This document shows positions 21,201 to 34,639 of a stretch of 64,000 nt of DNA, in pieces. The stretch's first letter is position 1. Every line of letters starts with the position of its first letter. The position numbers and the translations under genes were made by a program. The notes beneath the pieces were generated by a model that saw only the letters and a program-made list of their open reading frames with translations, searched no databases and was not told the origin of the DNA. The stretch lies in the NCBI GenBank assembly GCA_010909165.1, contig MU008172.1, positions 806,001 to 870,000 of the forward strand, in the 5' to 3' direction. The DNA is from Anthoceros angustus (lineage: Eukaryota; Plantae; Anthocerotophyta).

Positions 21201-23795
21201 GTTGCCAGTCCGTGGACTTTCTTGGAAACGAGCCACCAAAGATTGAGGTATCCCTTGCCCCAGAAGGTTTACCAACTCGTTTGGAGTTCAAGTTCAGCTT
21301 GCTGGCCATTCTTCCTTCCAACTCTAGCAGAGACCTGCGGCTGTCAGCACGACTATCGGCCCTGCTGCTAAGCAAGTTGGGTCTCGTCACCTCGACCCCA
21401 TCATCGTAAGAAGGCACAACTGACCCTCTGCTTGTCTGAGAGCTAGATCTGTCGCTATAGCTCCTTGACATACTTGGAGAGGCGGCCCTGCCTCTGGGTC
21501 GGCTGCTTGCATCATTGGTATCAGGAGTGTGTGCTGCTCGAAGTGCAGGACTACTGCTCCTCCTTGAGGCTGAGGGACCCCGGGTAGATGCCGACTGACC
21601 TTCAGCTAAGCAAGTTCGGAGGTTGGGAGGAGGTTCGGAAGGAAAATCGGGCATTGCCGGGTATACCATCTTGCTTTTAGGTGATGCAGAAGGGCCAGGG
21701 GTGACTGAACCTCGTATAGGAGAAGGCCCACCTCTAGTAGATGATGTTGACCTTGTAGTAGGACCCGAGGACGTCCTTCGAAGAGTCGGAGTGGAAGATC
21801 TTGCAGATGTGGAAGTCGGAGTGGAGGATCTTGCCGATGTGGAAGATTGCGTCGGTGAGGACCTGGTAGGCGTTGACGGGCGAGCACCATTTGCAGTAGA
21901 AGATCTCATGACTGGGGATGAAGGCTTAGATGACGAGAGTGTTGGAATCCGACTGCGTGGAGTCGACGGCCGCGAACTTGTCCTTTCAGGTCCATCAGCA
22001 GAAGGCGACGGCTTCCCAGACGATGCTGCACCATCAACTGATGTAGGAGACTGCCATTCTGATGCGGAAAACCTGCCAAACCCATCACCAGGTGAGGAGG
22101 GCCTCTTAGGTTGTGTAGAAGACCTCCCAGAGCCTTCACCCGTCGCTAAAGCCCTCACAGCGATTCTAGGCAGCTTCAGGACACTGTCATCTGGAGTTGA
22201 AGGGCTTGAACCATATATGGCCGGTGTTCCCTTGCCCTCTGCTTGAGGAGAAGGCATAGCATTCATCACCGGTACAGGTGTGGCAAGCCCGCCATCCGAC
22301 GCCGCTGGGAGTGTAGTAGCATCCCCTGGTGTGCCGGATGTCCCAATGCCTGCCGAACTCCACTCTTGCCTTACATCTGCCATCTGTGGCCCTACACCAG
22401 ATTCGGATACTGCACTCCCCTCCACTGGAGTTACAGGCATCACATTGGCTACGGCAGTCCCCCCATTACCTTCTCCCACCGAGGACCTTCCGTTTGGTGT
22501 AGAAGGTCTTGCCGGTCCTGCACCCCTAGCAGAGGCGTCCAGCACTCTTGGCCCTGGTGATGCAGGCCTTGCTCCAGAAGTGGACGGCCTCGTTCCTGGT
22601 GTCGAGGGTCTGACATTGCTGTCACTGGCAGACGACAGCCTCCCATTCGAGGATGAAAGTCTACCTCTGGCATCAGTAGGAGTTGATGGCCGCCCATTGG
22701 ATGAAGAGGACCTGTTGAGGCTGTCGGCGGGCGAGGAAGGCCTGGCATGTGCCGCCGCCGTCCCATCAGAGCTTGCTGAAGACCTCCCATTAGGTGTGGC
22801 AGGTCTGCCAGGGCCCTCCGCAGCCCTTAAACTTGGCCTTCCGGATGGGCTGGAAGGCCTGCTTGACGGTCGAGACGCAGGAAGTGGTGTGGAAGCAGGT
22901 ATTGTTGCCCTGCCCCTCGCTGCACTTGCACCATTGGTCGGTGTGCTTGGCCTTCGAGGACTCAAGTTCCCGCGATTCCCCACTTTCAAAACCGGTTCCA
23001 CCTTGGGAGGCTCTATCTTCCCGCTAGACAGCTGCAGAACAAAGCAAGCCCGAGTGTGAATCCCCAGAGCTGCCGACCCAGCAGCCATGAAGCATTTACA
23101 CTCACACTCACACTCACACTCGGACTCGCAACCAAGACGTGAAGTGGCACGGAAGGCAGGAAGGAAGAACTCACCCTGGAGGCGGCTTTCGCCGAGGGAA
23201 CGTATCGGGGGTACAACCCACCTTGCACCATTCCTCCCAAGGAGGAGTCATGGTCCAACGAAGGGAAGAGCGGAGTTCCTGGAGGTGTCAAAAGCCTGCA
23301 AACCCAGAACACATTGTAACCAGGCATGGGCGGCATCATACGCCAAGGTCCTAGCTACCGAGCACAGCCACAAAACACCCACCAGTCATAGTCGTTCTTG
23401 TCAGGGTCCGATACCAGCAAATCGTTGCTATGCTTGTAATGGGCGATAGCAGAGGCACGAAATCCCGACAACACCCCGTACTTGGTAGCTGCAAAAGCCA
23501 GAACAAGACACATTCCCTCAGACCCAAGCCAACAATCTCCACACAAAGCAGCCTCCCACATAAAATAAAAAACCAGCATGCGGCAGCGAGGAAGCGTGAA
23601 AGAGAAGCACTGACACAGAGACGCCTCGATGAGGTCATCGGTATCGGAGGAGGGATGGAGGTAGTTGACACGCTCCCGGCGCCTCATGTCATGGAACAAT
23701 GCCAGGTCCTCGTCCCGGTCGGGCTTGGCCATGCTGGTGGGCAGGCTCCGGCCCCGCCTGTGCTGCCCGCCCAGGGCTTCCCGCACCGCGCTCAT
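18257..23795 (-). CDS. BASIC PROLINE-RICH (BPP)-family microtubule-associated protein, long form, multi-exon
   Basis: N-terminal DEDLALFHDM and DKNDYDWLLTPPGTPLFPSLD, S/P/R-rich RPSTP repeats, EPPPNLRT motif. C-terminal LFCNSVEHHIYNAA block ending KCRCVLL*. Confidence 0.85.
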
Positions 23796-24653
23796 GCTCG
23801 CGGCCGGTGATGCGCTCGCAGGCAGGAGGTCAGCTGGAGCTGCGCTGGAATGGCCCGTATATCCGGCCCGGACGCAGGCCGCATTGCATTGCGCGGGAGC
23901 CAGAGGCAGAGCCGCTGGCGCTGCCGCTGGCGCTGCCGCGGAGGGAGCTAGCGCAAGCGCCCACCTTCCCCCATCGCCAATGCGGGGCCGGGCAGAGCAG
24001 CAACAGCAACAGCAAGAGCGCTAGCAGCACGACAGAAATGCGCGCTGAGTGGGTGCACGGCCCACTCCTGTCCTGCCGAGGAGTAAGTATGCCGGTTGTT
24101 GGGAAACTGGAAGGGGCGGTCCAGGAGGTGCGGCGGCAGCGCCACCATGGTGGTGCCAGCAAATGCAACAACGGCTGGCAAGGCCGAGGCCAGTGCAAAG
24201 CCGAAGGCAGGGCAGGCGAGGAGAGAGGAAGGTGCGGCGAGCGAGGCGATGGAGCTGGAGGGCCTGCGACGAGGAGGGAGAATAGGCTGGTGATGGGCAT
24301 GAGCAGGCGGGCTCGGGCTCGGGCTCGGGCTGTGGTGTGTGGAGTCAGGCTCTGGCTCCGGCTCTGGCAGCCGGGCACCAAAAGTGCCAGGCAGAACACA
24401 GCCAAAGCCCAAGGAGATATGTGATGAGAGTCGTGACTGGTCTCGCACAAGCGAGAGAGGAGGCAGGCGGCAGCGGCTCCCAGGAAGATGGGCGGTAGCT
24501 GCAACGGACCAGCGGGCGCCTTGGGAATAGCAGCGCGGTCGCACAGCCGACTACCGTCGGCGTCTGGAGGGGGCTTGGGCGGGACGCCCCAAATTAGGCA
24601 ACTATTTGAGCCGGCTCAACCCCGGCGGGGGCCACGGCGCTTCTCTCTCTCTC

Positions 24654-24706
24654 AGACCACAAACCACAGACCACAGACCACAGACCACAGACCACAGACC
24701 ACAGAC
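24654..24706. repeat. (AGACCAC)n heptamer microsatellite
   Basis: About 7 tandem copies. Confidence 0.88.
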
Positions 24707-25413
24707 CGGAAACCAGATGTCGCGCTGCCGGTTCCTGTTGGTTTTCCTGTTCCGGTTCCGCGCAACCCCGTCCACATGGATGACGCTGTCGCGACCTCGT
24801 TCCGACATGGCGCAGTTTCGCCAGGCGCTGTCATCCATTCAAATCACCCAGTTGGAGGCCATGGCAGATGCTGCATGTTCCAGGCACGTGATGTCATGGA
24901 TGCCTTGTCTTCACCTCACTCCCGTGCCTCATGCTCTTCTCACCCTCTGCCCTGCTAACCACTTGCCCAGCACACTGCACAATCCCAACCCACTGGCGCA
25001 CCGGATCATGCCATGCACGGGAATCGGGAATCGAGAATCGGGAATCGGGCACTGGGAATGGGAATGGGGGTCAGGCCTCGCACTCACACACTTAATGCGC
25101 TCTGTGTGCCCTCGATAGGGTATGGCATGCTCTAAGGTGCACTTGTCACTGGACTCAGGCCCATCGACTGACTTTTGCTTTACAGACATGTGGTGCCCAC
25201 TACAGAGCAAGAACAGGGCAGCGTAGAGCCTACAACTTGCTTGCATTTCCATGCAAGCAAGGACCTGAAAGACTATAGGTATGGTGTGAAGTAAATACAA
25301 CTTAGCTATGTACTCCTCAAGTCTGAACTGAGCTCCGTCGTCATGTGACCGGCTACTCATAGGACCTGCTTCCTGGTTGGATCCGGATCCGGATCCGGAT
25401 CAGTGAGAAGCAA

Positions 25414-28400
25414 TCACTGCTTGAGCTGCAGCCAGCCTTGCAATGGGGACCCTGTGAACAACCACGGCAATGGGTTAACCTGTAAGTAGGAGGTGATATT
25501 ACCAGCAGCCTCTCGGGGAAAAGGTACCTGAACGGAGAGCAGGACACGTAATCCAAGCCTGCTTCGTGGAAAAACGCCACTGACGATGGCTCCCCTCCGT
25601 GCTCGCCACACACCCCAACCTGCAGATAGAATGCCAAGCCTCAATCAAACACAAGACTCTCGATGCTTTGCAATTCATCCATGCACATCTACCTTCAGTT
25701 CAGGTCGGGCAAGCCGGCCCCGCTCTGTCGCCAATTTGATTAGCTGGCCCACGCCTTTCCGATCGAGCACCTTCAAAAAAGTGTTCACGAGTGTTGGTCC
25801 TGCTGCTTTGGCACTATCCACCTGAGCCATAGGAGATACAGCAGAGCGGAGATGTACCTCAAATGGATCGTTCTGAAGAATGCCTTGGGAAAGGTAGTTG
25901 GGTAGAAACTTGCTGACATCGTCCCGACTGTATCCAAAGGTCATCTGTGTGAGGTCGTTCGTTCCAAAAGAGAAAAACTCCGCGTGCTCTGCAATCTGCA
26001 AACGTTCCATCCGAATTGGAAGTTACTCATTCGCCAAATTCGGCATCCCCACACTCTGCCCGCTCTGAAAAAATTCACCTCGTCAGCAACAAGAGCGGCC
26101 CGTGGGATCTCAATCATTGTCCCGATCTTATATTTCACTTCGACACCGGTTTCTGAAAAAACTGTCTTTGCAACCCCATGAATTGAAGACACCTGGTTTT
26201 CCAGCTCCTGCCACTCAGCGGTATAAACGACCTTCTATCAGTCATCTCCCTTGGTAGTGACTGCCCACGAATTCCAACACAACCATATGCACAGGATACA
26301 TACCCGTGGGGTGCCAACTAGGGGCACCATGACTTCAGGATAAACTTTGACACCTTGTTGAGCCATGGAAGTAGCAGCCTCAAAAATGGCCCTTGCTTGC
26401 ATTTCAGTCAGCTCGGGATACGAGATTCCAAGCCTGCTCGACGTTGGTACTGATCAGAAATTTGAAAGCAAAGGTACCTCGCAATGCGAATCCTCAGCTT
26501 CAACAGTTAGTATGCTAGTTACCTGCAGCCCCGGAATCCAAGCATAGGATTCACCTCCGAAAGCTTTTCAATTCGGGAAAGCACCTCATCGTGGTTCACT
26601 CCTGTTTCTTCTACGAGCTCGGCTATAATCTCATCCAAGTCACCCTCCGGAAGGAACTCATGGAGAGGTGGATCCAGCAGTCGTATAGTGACAGGGAGAC
26701 CTGCGCAAATCATGTGCTTATGGAAAGGAGCACTGTATGGGACATGCCAGAATGTGAGGAATCACACGACACATACTCTACAACAAAGTAGTGGGATAAT
26801 GTGCAAATCCGCACCATCCATAACACGAAAAATTCCCTCGAAATCGGATCGTTGATACGGAAGCAATTTATCCAGAGCCACTTGGCGTTGCTCAACAGTC
26901 GATGCCATGATCATCTGCCTCACAGCTTTTATTCGCTCATCTGAAGCAAAAAACTGTAAAACAAGGAAATCAGTAGCAGTCCCAATTAGATGTCATTTAT
27001 TCAACCGAGCAGACAATGTGCTCACCATGTGCTCAGTCCTGCATAGGCCAATACCCTGAGCCCCATTTTTCCTTGCCGTCAATGCATCTGCAGGCGTGTC
27101 TGCATTTGCCATGACCTGTGAAAGAATTGGCATTATAGAATCAGAAAAAGGGCCTTCAGTCTTGGTTAATGCAATCACCACGGCTTCAGCTTCCCATGGC
27201 TGCGAGGCCGCGCAAAGCTGGTTCTTCAGCTGAAAGCATCGAAACACACGAGCCATATTTGTAAAGTAGGACGCTGTGCAAACCTTCAAGTGTCGATGTT
27301 CGTCGACCCAGCCCATGAACACTCCCAAGTCACCACTGATTGCTGGGGGTGCCAGAGGCTGCTTCCCTAATACCACCTCTCCTGTGGTTCCATTCAAGGA
27401 AATCCAGTCTCCTTCATTCAACTTCACATCCTTGACAACGAGTGTCTGCAAAGGGAGCAAAACCATCAATCGGCATAACCCTTACAAACAAAGCTTGAGG
27501 AACATCCCGCCAGGATGGGGAGGAAAAAAAAAAAAGGGGGCTTGAGGAACCATGCCAAACCGGTGTAAGAGCAATCAGGGCAAGAAATGATCACCTTATC
27601 AGCATCATTCACGCGGATGTCAGGGCAACCGCAAACACAGCATTTGCCCCAACCTCGTGCAACAACAGCAGCATGAGAGGTCATCCCACCCCTTGCGGTC
27701 AGAATGCCTGTTGCAGCATGCATACCCCCGACATCTTCTGGACTCGTTTCATTCCGCACCTGTACCATGCAACAACCTAGGTTTAGGGAGAAGAGCATTT
27801 TTCAAAGTCCACATTGATTCAGGAGTGAAAGAGCAACTGGAGGATCATTCTTACAAATAGCGATTCAAGTCCAAGATGAACACAACAGTCCGATATGGAC
27901 AAACTGTCTTACCAGTATGACTGATCTCCCTTCTGCATGCCAGGCTTCAGCATCCTCTGCAGAAAACACAATCTGGCCAACTGCTGCTCCAGGGGACGCA
28001 GGAAGCCCAGTTGCAATGACACTTGCTTTGTATGCAGATGGATTTTCAAACTGCAGATATCCAGCCACAAAGTTATCTGTAAGCTTGAAAGTCAAGTGCT
28101 ACGGGAGCCATGATTCGGATACCGCATGTCATACTAGGCAAGTCTTTGTTGCTCATACGAGTAAACCAACCTGGGGGTGCAAAAGCTGATCTAGATGCCT
28201 TGGTTCAACCATCTTAACGGCAGCCCTGACATCAATTAGGCCTTCGCTCACCATGTCCACAGCGATCTTCACAGCACCTGCTCCAGTTCTTTTGCCACTT
28301 CGGCACTGCAACATCCATAATCTGTTCTCTTGTACCGTAAACTCGATATCCTGTAGAGTTACAATCACGGGCATCACAATTCTGCTCCTACCTTGTGCAC

Positions 28401-30305
28401 AGCACCATAAGCTCAATGGCAAGCCAGCACGCAGACTGAAGACTCTGTGAAGGACTTGACAGGATGGGGATGATTCGGCAAGGATGTTGGTCTGGGGTTT
28501 CTATTGGCACGTACACTCCCTTACCTGCATATCTTTATAGTGCAGTTCTAGAATATCACAGTTTTTTACAAGCTCCTGGTACGCTTGTGGAAATGCTTCG
28601 CTCATACTGTCCAAATCATTAGGTGTCCGAATGCCTGCCACCACATCCTCCCCCTGAAGCACATGAGAGGCGCAAGAATTCAGCCTGATTTCACAGAAGC
28701 AAGCTTGTCTGAAATAGTACAATGAAACTAACCTGTGCGTTGATCAGGTACTCTCCATAGAGCTTTTTCTCTCCAGTACTCGGATTTCGGGTGAATAGCA
28801 CACCCGTGCCGGAGTCAGCACCCATGTTCCCAAAAACCATGGCCTGCACATTGACCGCGGTACCCTTCAAACCAGTGATCTGATTGATGTTCCGGTACTT
28901 TATAGCTCTTGGACTGTTCCATGAATCAAATACAGCACAGACTGCTAGCCGCAATTGCTCCGCAGGATCTGCAGGTTTTACAATTCAACTTGCGTGAGTG
29001 GAAAACGTGATTGCAACCCCAAGACAGTTACTGTCATACAAGAGCTGCTTGGATCTACCAGTGGGGAATTGTTTGCCCAGCTGTTTGTAATACACAGACT
29101 TGTACTTGGCAACAAGCTCCTTCAAGTCTCCCGTCGTAAGGTCAGTATCAACTTTTACTCCCCGAGCTACTTTTAAACTTTCAAGCTCATGCTCAAAGAG
29201 GTCATGTGGGACACCCATTACCTGCATCGTGTCAGCAACAGCGTCATTTAGTCCCGGAACGATTGGATGTATAAGACGTTCAGGCATGCAATCTACAAAC
29301 TAGAAAGAGGGGAAGTCTCACAAGAAGCTATGTTGTGGAGTTACCACTCCGCCAAACATGTCAATGAACCGGCGATAAGAATCATAAGCGAATCGTTCAC
29401 CACTGCGGGCACCCAGACCGGCAACAACTTCGTCATTTAATCCCAGATTCAAGACCGTGTCCATCATGCCTGGCATTGAAATCTGCGCTCAGAATCCGAA
29501 CAAACGGTGACGTTTACAAGGAGCTGCAATTGGGTTCTTCAGGTCGAAGCCGAAACCCATGGCTGCATCAGTCCGTCTGCAGACAGGAGCGGCAGAAGGC
29601 ACTAACCGCTGCACCCGAGCGGACAGAGACCAGGAGTGGCCTGGAGGGATCACCAAGACGCGCATTCATGTCTCCCTCCACAGCCTTCAAAGCTTCCAGT
29701 ACTTCCTCCCACAGACCGTCGGGAAGCTGGTCCCCTTTGGCGTTGTACTCCTGGCAGGTCTCGGTGGTGATAGTGAAGCCAGGTGGAACGGACAGGCCAA
29801 TTGTGGACATTTCCGCAAGGTTTGCACCTTTGCCCCCGAGCTGACAGTCCACAACAATGCACTTAGCACGTAGCGTGCTTAAAAGTTGACACAGACACGA
29901 CATTGTGCTTCCGTGAATCACACTCACCAACGATTTCATACTCTTGTTGCCTTCGCTTCCTCCCTTCCCGAAGCGGTACACTCTCTGCAGCACAGAAGGA
30001 AAGTACTCGTCACTCCGTGCATGACAGAAGCATGAGCAGCATCCTGACAGTACCTGCTTGGTCTGAGCAGGGGGAGGGGACGCCACGACTTGGCATCGGG
30101 CTCCATTGGGGTGGCCCTGGTGTGATAAGCGTGGGAGCTGCGCATTCCTCGCAACGTCCGAGCTGCTGCTGCTGCCGCTGCCCCCGCCGACTGCCTTGGA
30201 GAGGCCCAGAAACTTGGCCGTGGAATTTCCCAAGCCGGGATCGGATAGAGGAACGCCCACCAGCTTGGCGCGAAAGGCCACAGAGGACGATGGAATGAGA
30301 GCCAT
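25414..30305 (-). CDS. PPDK: Pyruvate, orthophosphate dikinase with plastid transit peptide, many short introns
   Basis: Ser/Ala-rich N-terminus from ATG 30305. [40 protein letters not shown] (regulatory Thr, catalytic His), [41 protein letters not shown]. Confidence 0.98.
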
Positions 30306-31061
30306 GCCCACCCCGTTTCTGAAGGAGCTCGCTAAGCTTGTTGCGAATGAAACAGGAGCCCGGTGGGCGGAGGGGAGGGAGGAAGGAAGGAAGAGGACGG
30401 ACAGAAAATCACGTGGTGTGGCCCGGATTGAAGGAACAGGGGCAATTTCGCAGCATCGATGTCGAATGAGTGCGGGCACTGTACTGTACAGGCGCCTCGG
30501 CCATGGATGCGCTTTGGCGTACCCAACGGGTATCACCACTGCCTTGCCGCCACCGTGGGCCCCTGTATAGTATGTAGCGTGTGCAATGGACACATCTCAG
30601 AGTCTGTCATGAAAAAGCGCTGCTCGTGGATGTGTTGTGGTGGGAAGCTGCCGCCGTTCGTTCTTCGTTCACACTGGGCTGCAAGACGCTGGCCCCAGTC
30701 TCGCCTTCACCCCTATCCCACTTAGTGACAAACAGCGGCAGTGAAATCCGCTTTGCGAGGAGCCCCAATCTCGCTTCCAACGTGGAGGTCACTGGCTGTG
30801 AGTCTGCCTGCTCACCCTCTCCACCGCAAGTACGTTGTGAGGGCGTTTGTTTATTCAAAACCCTGTGTGAACTCTACCCATCTCACGCATTTTGGTCGGC
30901 ACGTCTTTGCATCTCCCACAGCAACCCAGTAGGACACACTCAACTCACCAAAAGGCCTCCGAGGTCTCACACCTTACGTGGGAAAGAATCACACGGAAAT
31001 TGGTACACCCCACTTTGTTTTTAACAATACATGGAACAATTTCTTTTCTTGAAATTGATAT

Positions 31062-32828
31062 TTATGCCTCAAGAACTGATGCATCTAACCTAGGCTCAAA
31101 AGAAAATCTCATCACAAGGTCGTGAAAGTCTAGATTTTCTGTGCCGGGACATGTTGGAAACCAGAACCATGTCTTTTGATCAATATCGTAAGCTAACGCC
31201 TGTAGGTTATTGGCTACACTGAAAATGATCATAACGCTGCCTGTTCCAATGCAACGAAATATAGGTACAGTGATCATCTCCATAGGACTAGTCCTAAGTC
31301 TGTTGAGCACAAACCCGCTTGGCACGGTGACCATATTCTCTAGGAAGTCTTGGTATACTTCATCGGGCATTTTGCCAACCTCTATCCAGTCCAGGTCTAC
31401 TTGATTCAACTCCCAAACCTAAGGAGCACAAGGGTTTGAAAACCGCAGGTATCTCAGTATGTATTGTTTCATTTTTGAAATGAGCTGGATGGGCTAGAAT
31501 CTTAAATTTTGTTTTACGTACATACCATAGATATTTTTGGGATGAATCAACTTGCCTTGATGCGTTTGATTTGTTGAGTGAATGTGTGATGTTGCATACT
31601 TGTTTTTTTACTTGCCTTAATGCTTTCCATATCATAATCTTCGACACCAGCTACCATAAGTAAATGCCCATGGCACTCAACTAAGTTCGCTGAAGCTATA
31701 AACCCTGCAGCAGGCATAGGAGCTTCAGACCAGATTCCTTGTTCAATATCATATCTTCGTAAGCATTTTGGACCAATGAAAGCTACAGTATACCAAAATC
31801 CATTGCAAAAGGCTGTTCTTTCTAATATCATTCCCTCCTGTCAAAGGAATTGGTTGCTTGTTAAAATTATGATAAACAAAAAACGTAGCTTGTTGGGACA
31901 AATATATAGCTGTTGACATTGTAGTCTAAGTACCTGAATCAAGCTCCCTATAATTCTCCAAGTATTTGTTCGCGAGTCATATAGCTCGAGAGTCCAATCC
32001 GGACTAGGTGCAAAACTCTTTTGATTCCATCCCAAAAGAATGATTTTATACTCTTGTGTGACCAGATCCACACCGAAGCCTTTAATCATAAAATTCTTGG
32101 AAAATAGAGGAGGTAATCGATGCCAAGCTTTTGTCAACGGATTACAAATATATAATGCATCTGGTTCACTTAATGAAAATGTCTTGCATAATAGAAGCCC
32201 ACCAGCAGATGCACATACCGAGCACTTGTATGGAAGAAAGTCCAACGACATTACGTACCATTGTCTTGTTGTAGGGTCATAAGCTGAAACTGTCCGATAA
32301 TTCACCTGCAAAAGAATTTTTAGACGTGAAAACTTATCCATGTGATAATTCAATATTAAATGAGATCAAATGTACATTTCTAACTTTTATAACCATTTTT
32401 CTAAAGAAACACTACCTTCTAAACCTCATATATTCTTTAGTTATGCTAATGACTTTTGTTGTGATTAGCCCTTATTTTACCTTATGGTTGAATACAAGAA
32501 GCCAAGGTCCTTTTTTGCCTACTTGTGAGCACAATATTCGGAATGTTGGAGAGTACAACAACGCATTCCAAGCTTTGCAAACTGTTCTTAGCCTAAATAG
32601 GTTGGGGATAGGCAACCAAGCTAAAATTTTCTCCACTACATCAAATGGTAGTGAAGACCATATTTGTTGATTCATTTGCTGGTTTTCAGTCAAACTTGGT
32701 CCACCTTTTTCCATACAATCTTTATCTTTGCTCCAATCCTCCAAAGATGAAGAAGTTTGAGATTTCATTTTGATTGATAATAGACAAGATGAAAAGGGTT
32801 CAGGCTCACTTGCTACCCTAGGATCCAT
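31062..32828 (-). CDS. F-box protein with kelch-like/F-box-associated C-terminal domain, 4 exons, AT-rich
   Basis: F-box IWSSLPFDVVEKILAWLPIPNLFRLRTVCKAWN, then CASAGGLL, ICNPLTKAWHRLPP, LVECHGHLLMV, VWEL and FSFEPRLDA. Third intron must be GC-AG. Confidence 0.85.
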
Positions 32829-34639
32829 ATCTTTTTGTACAAGAATCTCATCTATTCCAAGACGGAGATTGATTGGTTCTGGAGAGGATCAATAAATTTG
32901 ATTTTGATATAAAGAGCATGTGGAACGTGAATTTGAAAATCAACATGATCTACTACTCTTGGGTTCGATGTTCTTAGGTCACAAACTCAATTTTAGTACC
33001 CTATGTGGATCAAAAGCCCATCATGGATGATGAAAGACAAAGGTTTACATTTTGCCGAGTTATTCTTCTTTAAAATGATTGGGTTTCAATGTTTATTTCT
33101 TATTATGATAATGTGTGTCCAACATTCTTGCATCCTTATTACCTGGATGTGGAATATGTGAGGTTCGAAGTTGATATACTGGCTTGGGGGAATTAGGAAG
33201 TTTTAACCAAGGTATATTAGTATATGTATTCAAGTCTGAAGAAAGAATAGAGCAAGATGTATTATTTGATGAATTAGGAGCTATTGTACATGCAGCTATT
33301 ACTTCTTTCCACAATACATTCACTTTTTTAAGTGTGGATAAGATAGAAGTCATTTTCCTACCCTACGATTGATGGTGTAAGTTTTGGTTCCTTTCAATAC
33401 TTCAATTTATTGAATATAATTGCTGAAACGATAGAGGTAGGGAAAGAAATAGAATACCAGCTAATAGAATCATCTCTTGTAGAGAAAATGTATCAATTTC
33501 AAAAGATCTTTAGAACAAGTGAATTTTAATATGATTTTTAAAAAATATACATATATGAAATTCTAACAAAAATTACTTATATAATATTTCTATTAGTTAA
33601 ATTGGCATAAGCAACTAGGTAGCTATTTTGTTTCTTCTTTACCTCAACTTATTGAGGAGCATAATGTTCTTAGTACATAGCACGTCATATGTAATTATTT
33701 GATTAATAAATAAATAAATAAAGATAATAATAAAATATTTTTATATCCATCTTATTAAAAATATTTAATTATAATTATGAGAGTATCTACAAGAACAAGA
33801 ACTTAAATCATCAACTAAGGAAAAAGAAAAGGATCTTCATCAAAGTTGAAATGTAGACATAATTGGACCAATTGCAAGCTATCTAGGATAGAAGATAGTT
33901 TAATGTGAATTGATGCCAAAGAAAAATTATGGACAAGGTTGAATAACATGTGTTAAAAACCTGATTCCAAGCTTAGTTATCATTTTAGAGTTAGAATGTT
34001 TTTTTTTTAATATTGTTATAGGAGTTTGTAGTGATGTAGTAACGGAATACATTTAGTTTGCACTTATTTCTCAACATATGGCTCACCATAGCCGTGAACA
34101 TAAGGCCTCACTCAGCTGGGATCCCACCATATCTTTCAACCCATGCGGTTTGAGTAAGGTTTACTTATTTAATGTATTTATTAATATCTTAAAAATACTA
34201 AATAATTTAATCTACCACTTGCTCACTTAGTCGATAACCAGGCTTAGCTGGATGTATATAGATAGGGCTTGCTCAATAAACTAGGTATGTATAAGCACAA
34301 TACCCTACGCAGACCTGTAAATTGCACTACACTTTAGTGTTAAGGCTGGCCTGATACATGAGTGTGTGCCTTGAAGTGGCAGTCAGCTGGCAGGCTTGCT
34401 TGATCGAGCGTGAAAAGTGTGCACGGGTGGCCGGATGGGCAGTGGCAGTCCACTGCAGCTGCAGCTGCAGCGGCAGCTGCGCTTCTGTTCCCAGTTGCAT
34501 GCAGGATAATGTTGCATGAGGGGAGTGAATATGGCCACCCCGGATCCCGGCCGCGGCTACATATACGAAGGCGGGAGACAGGAGCAGCACTGACAAACCA
34601 TTGCCACCGCGGCCTCGAATGGTGTCAAAGTCCACAAAC

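Noticed and set aside
33060-33372. Short ORF fragments in the second AT-rich island (also about 17282-17452 in the first)
   Set aside because: No recognisable transposase, gag/pol or host-protein motif, so a pseudogene call is unsupported.
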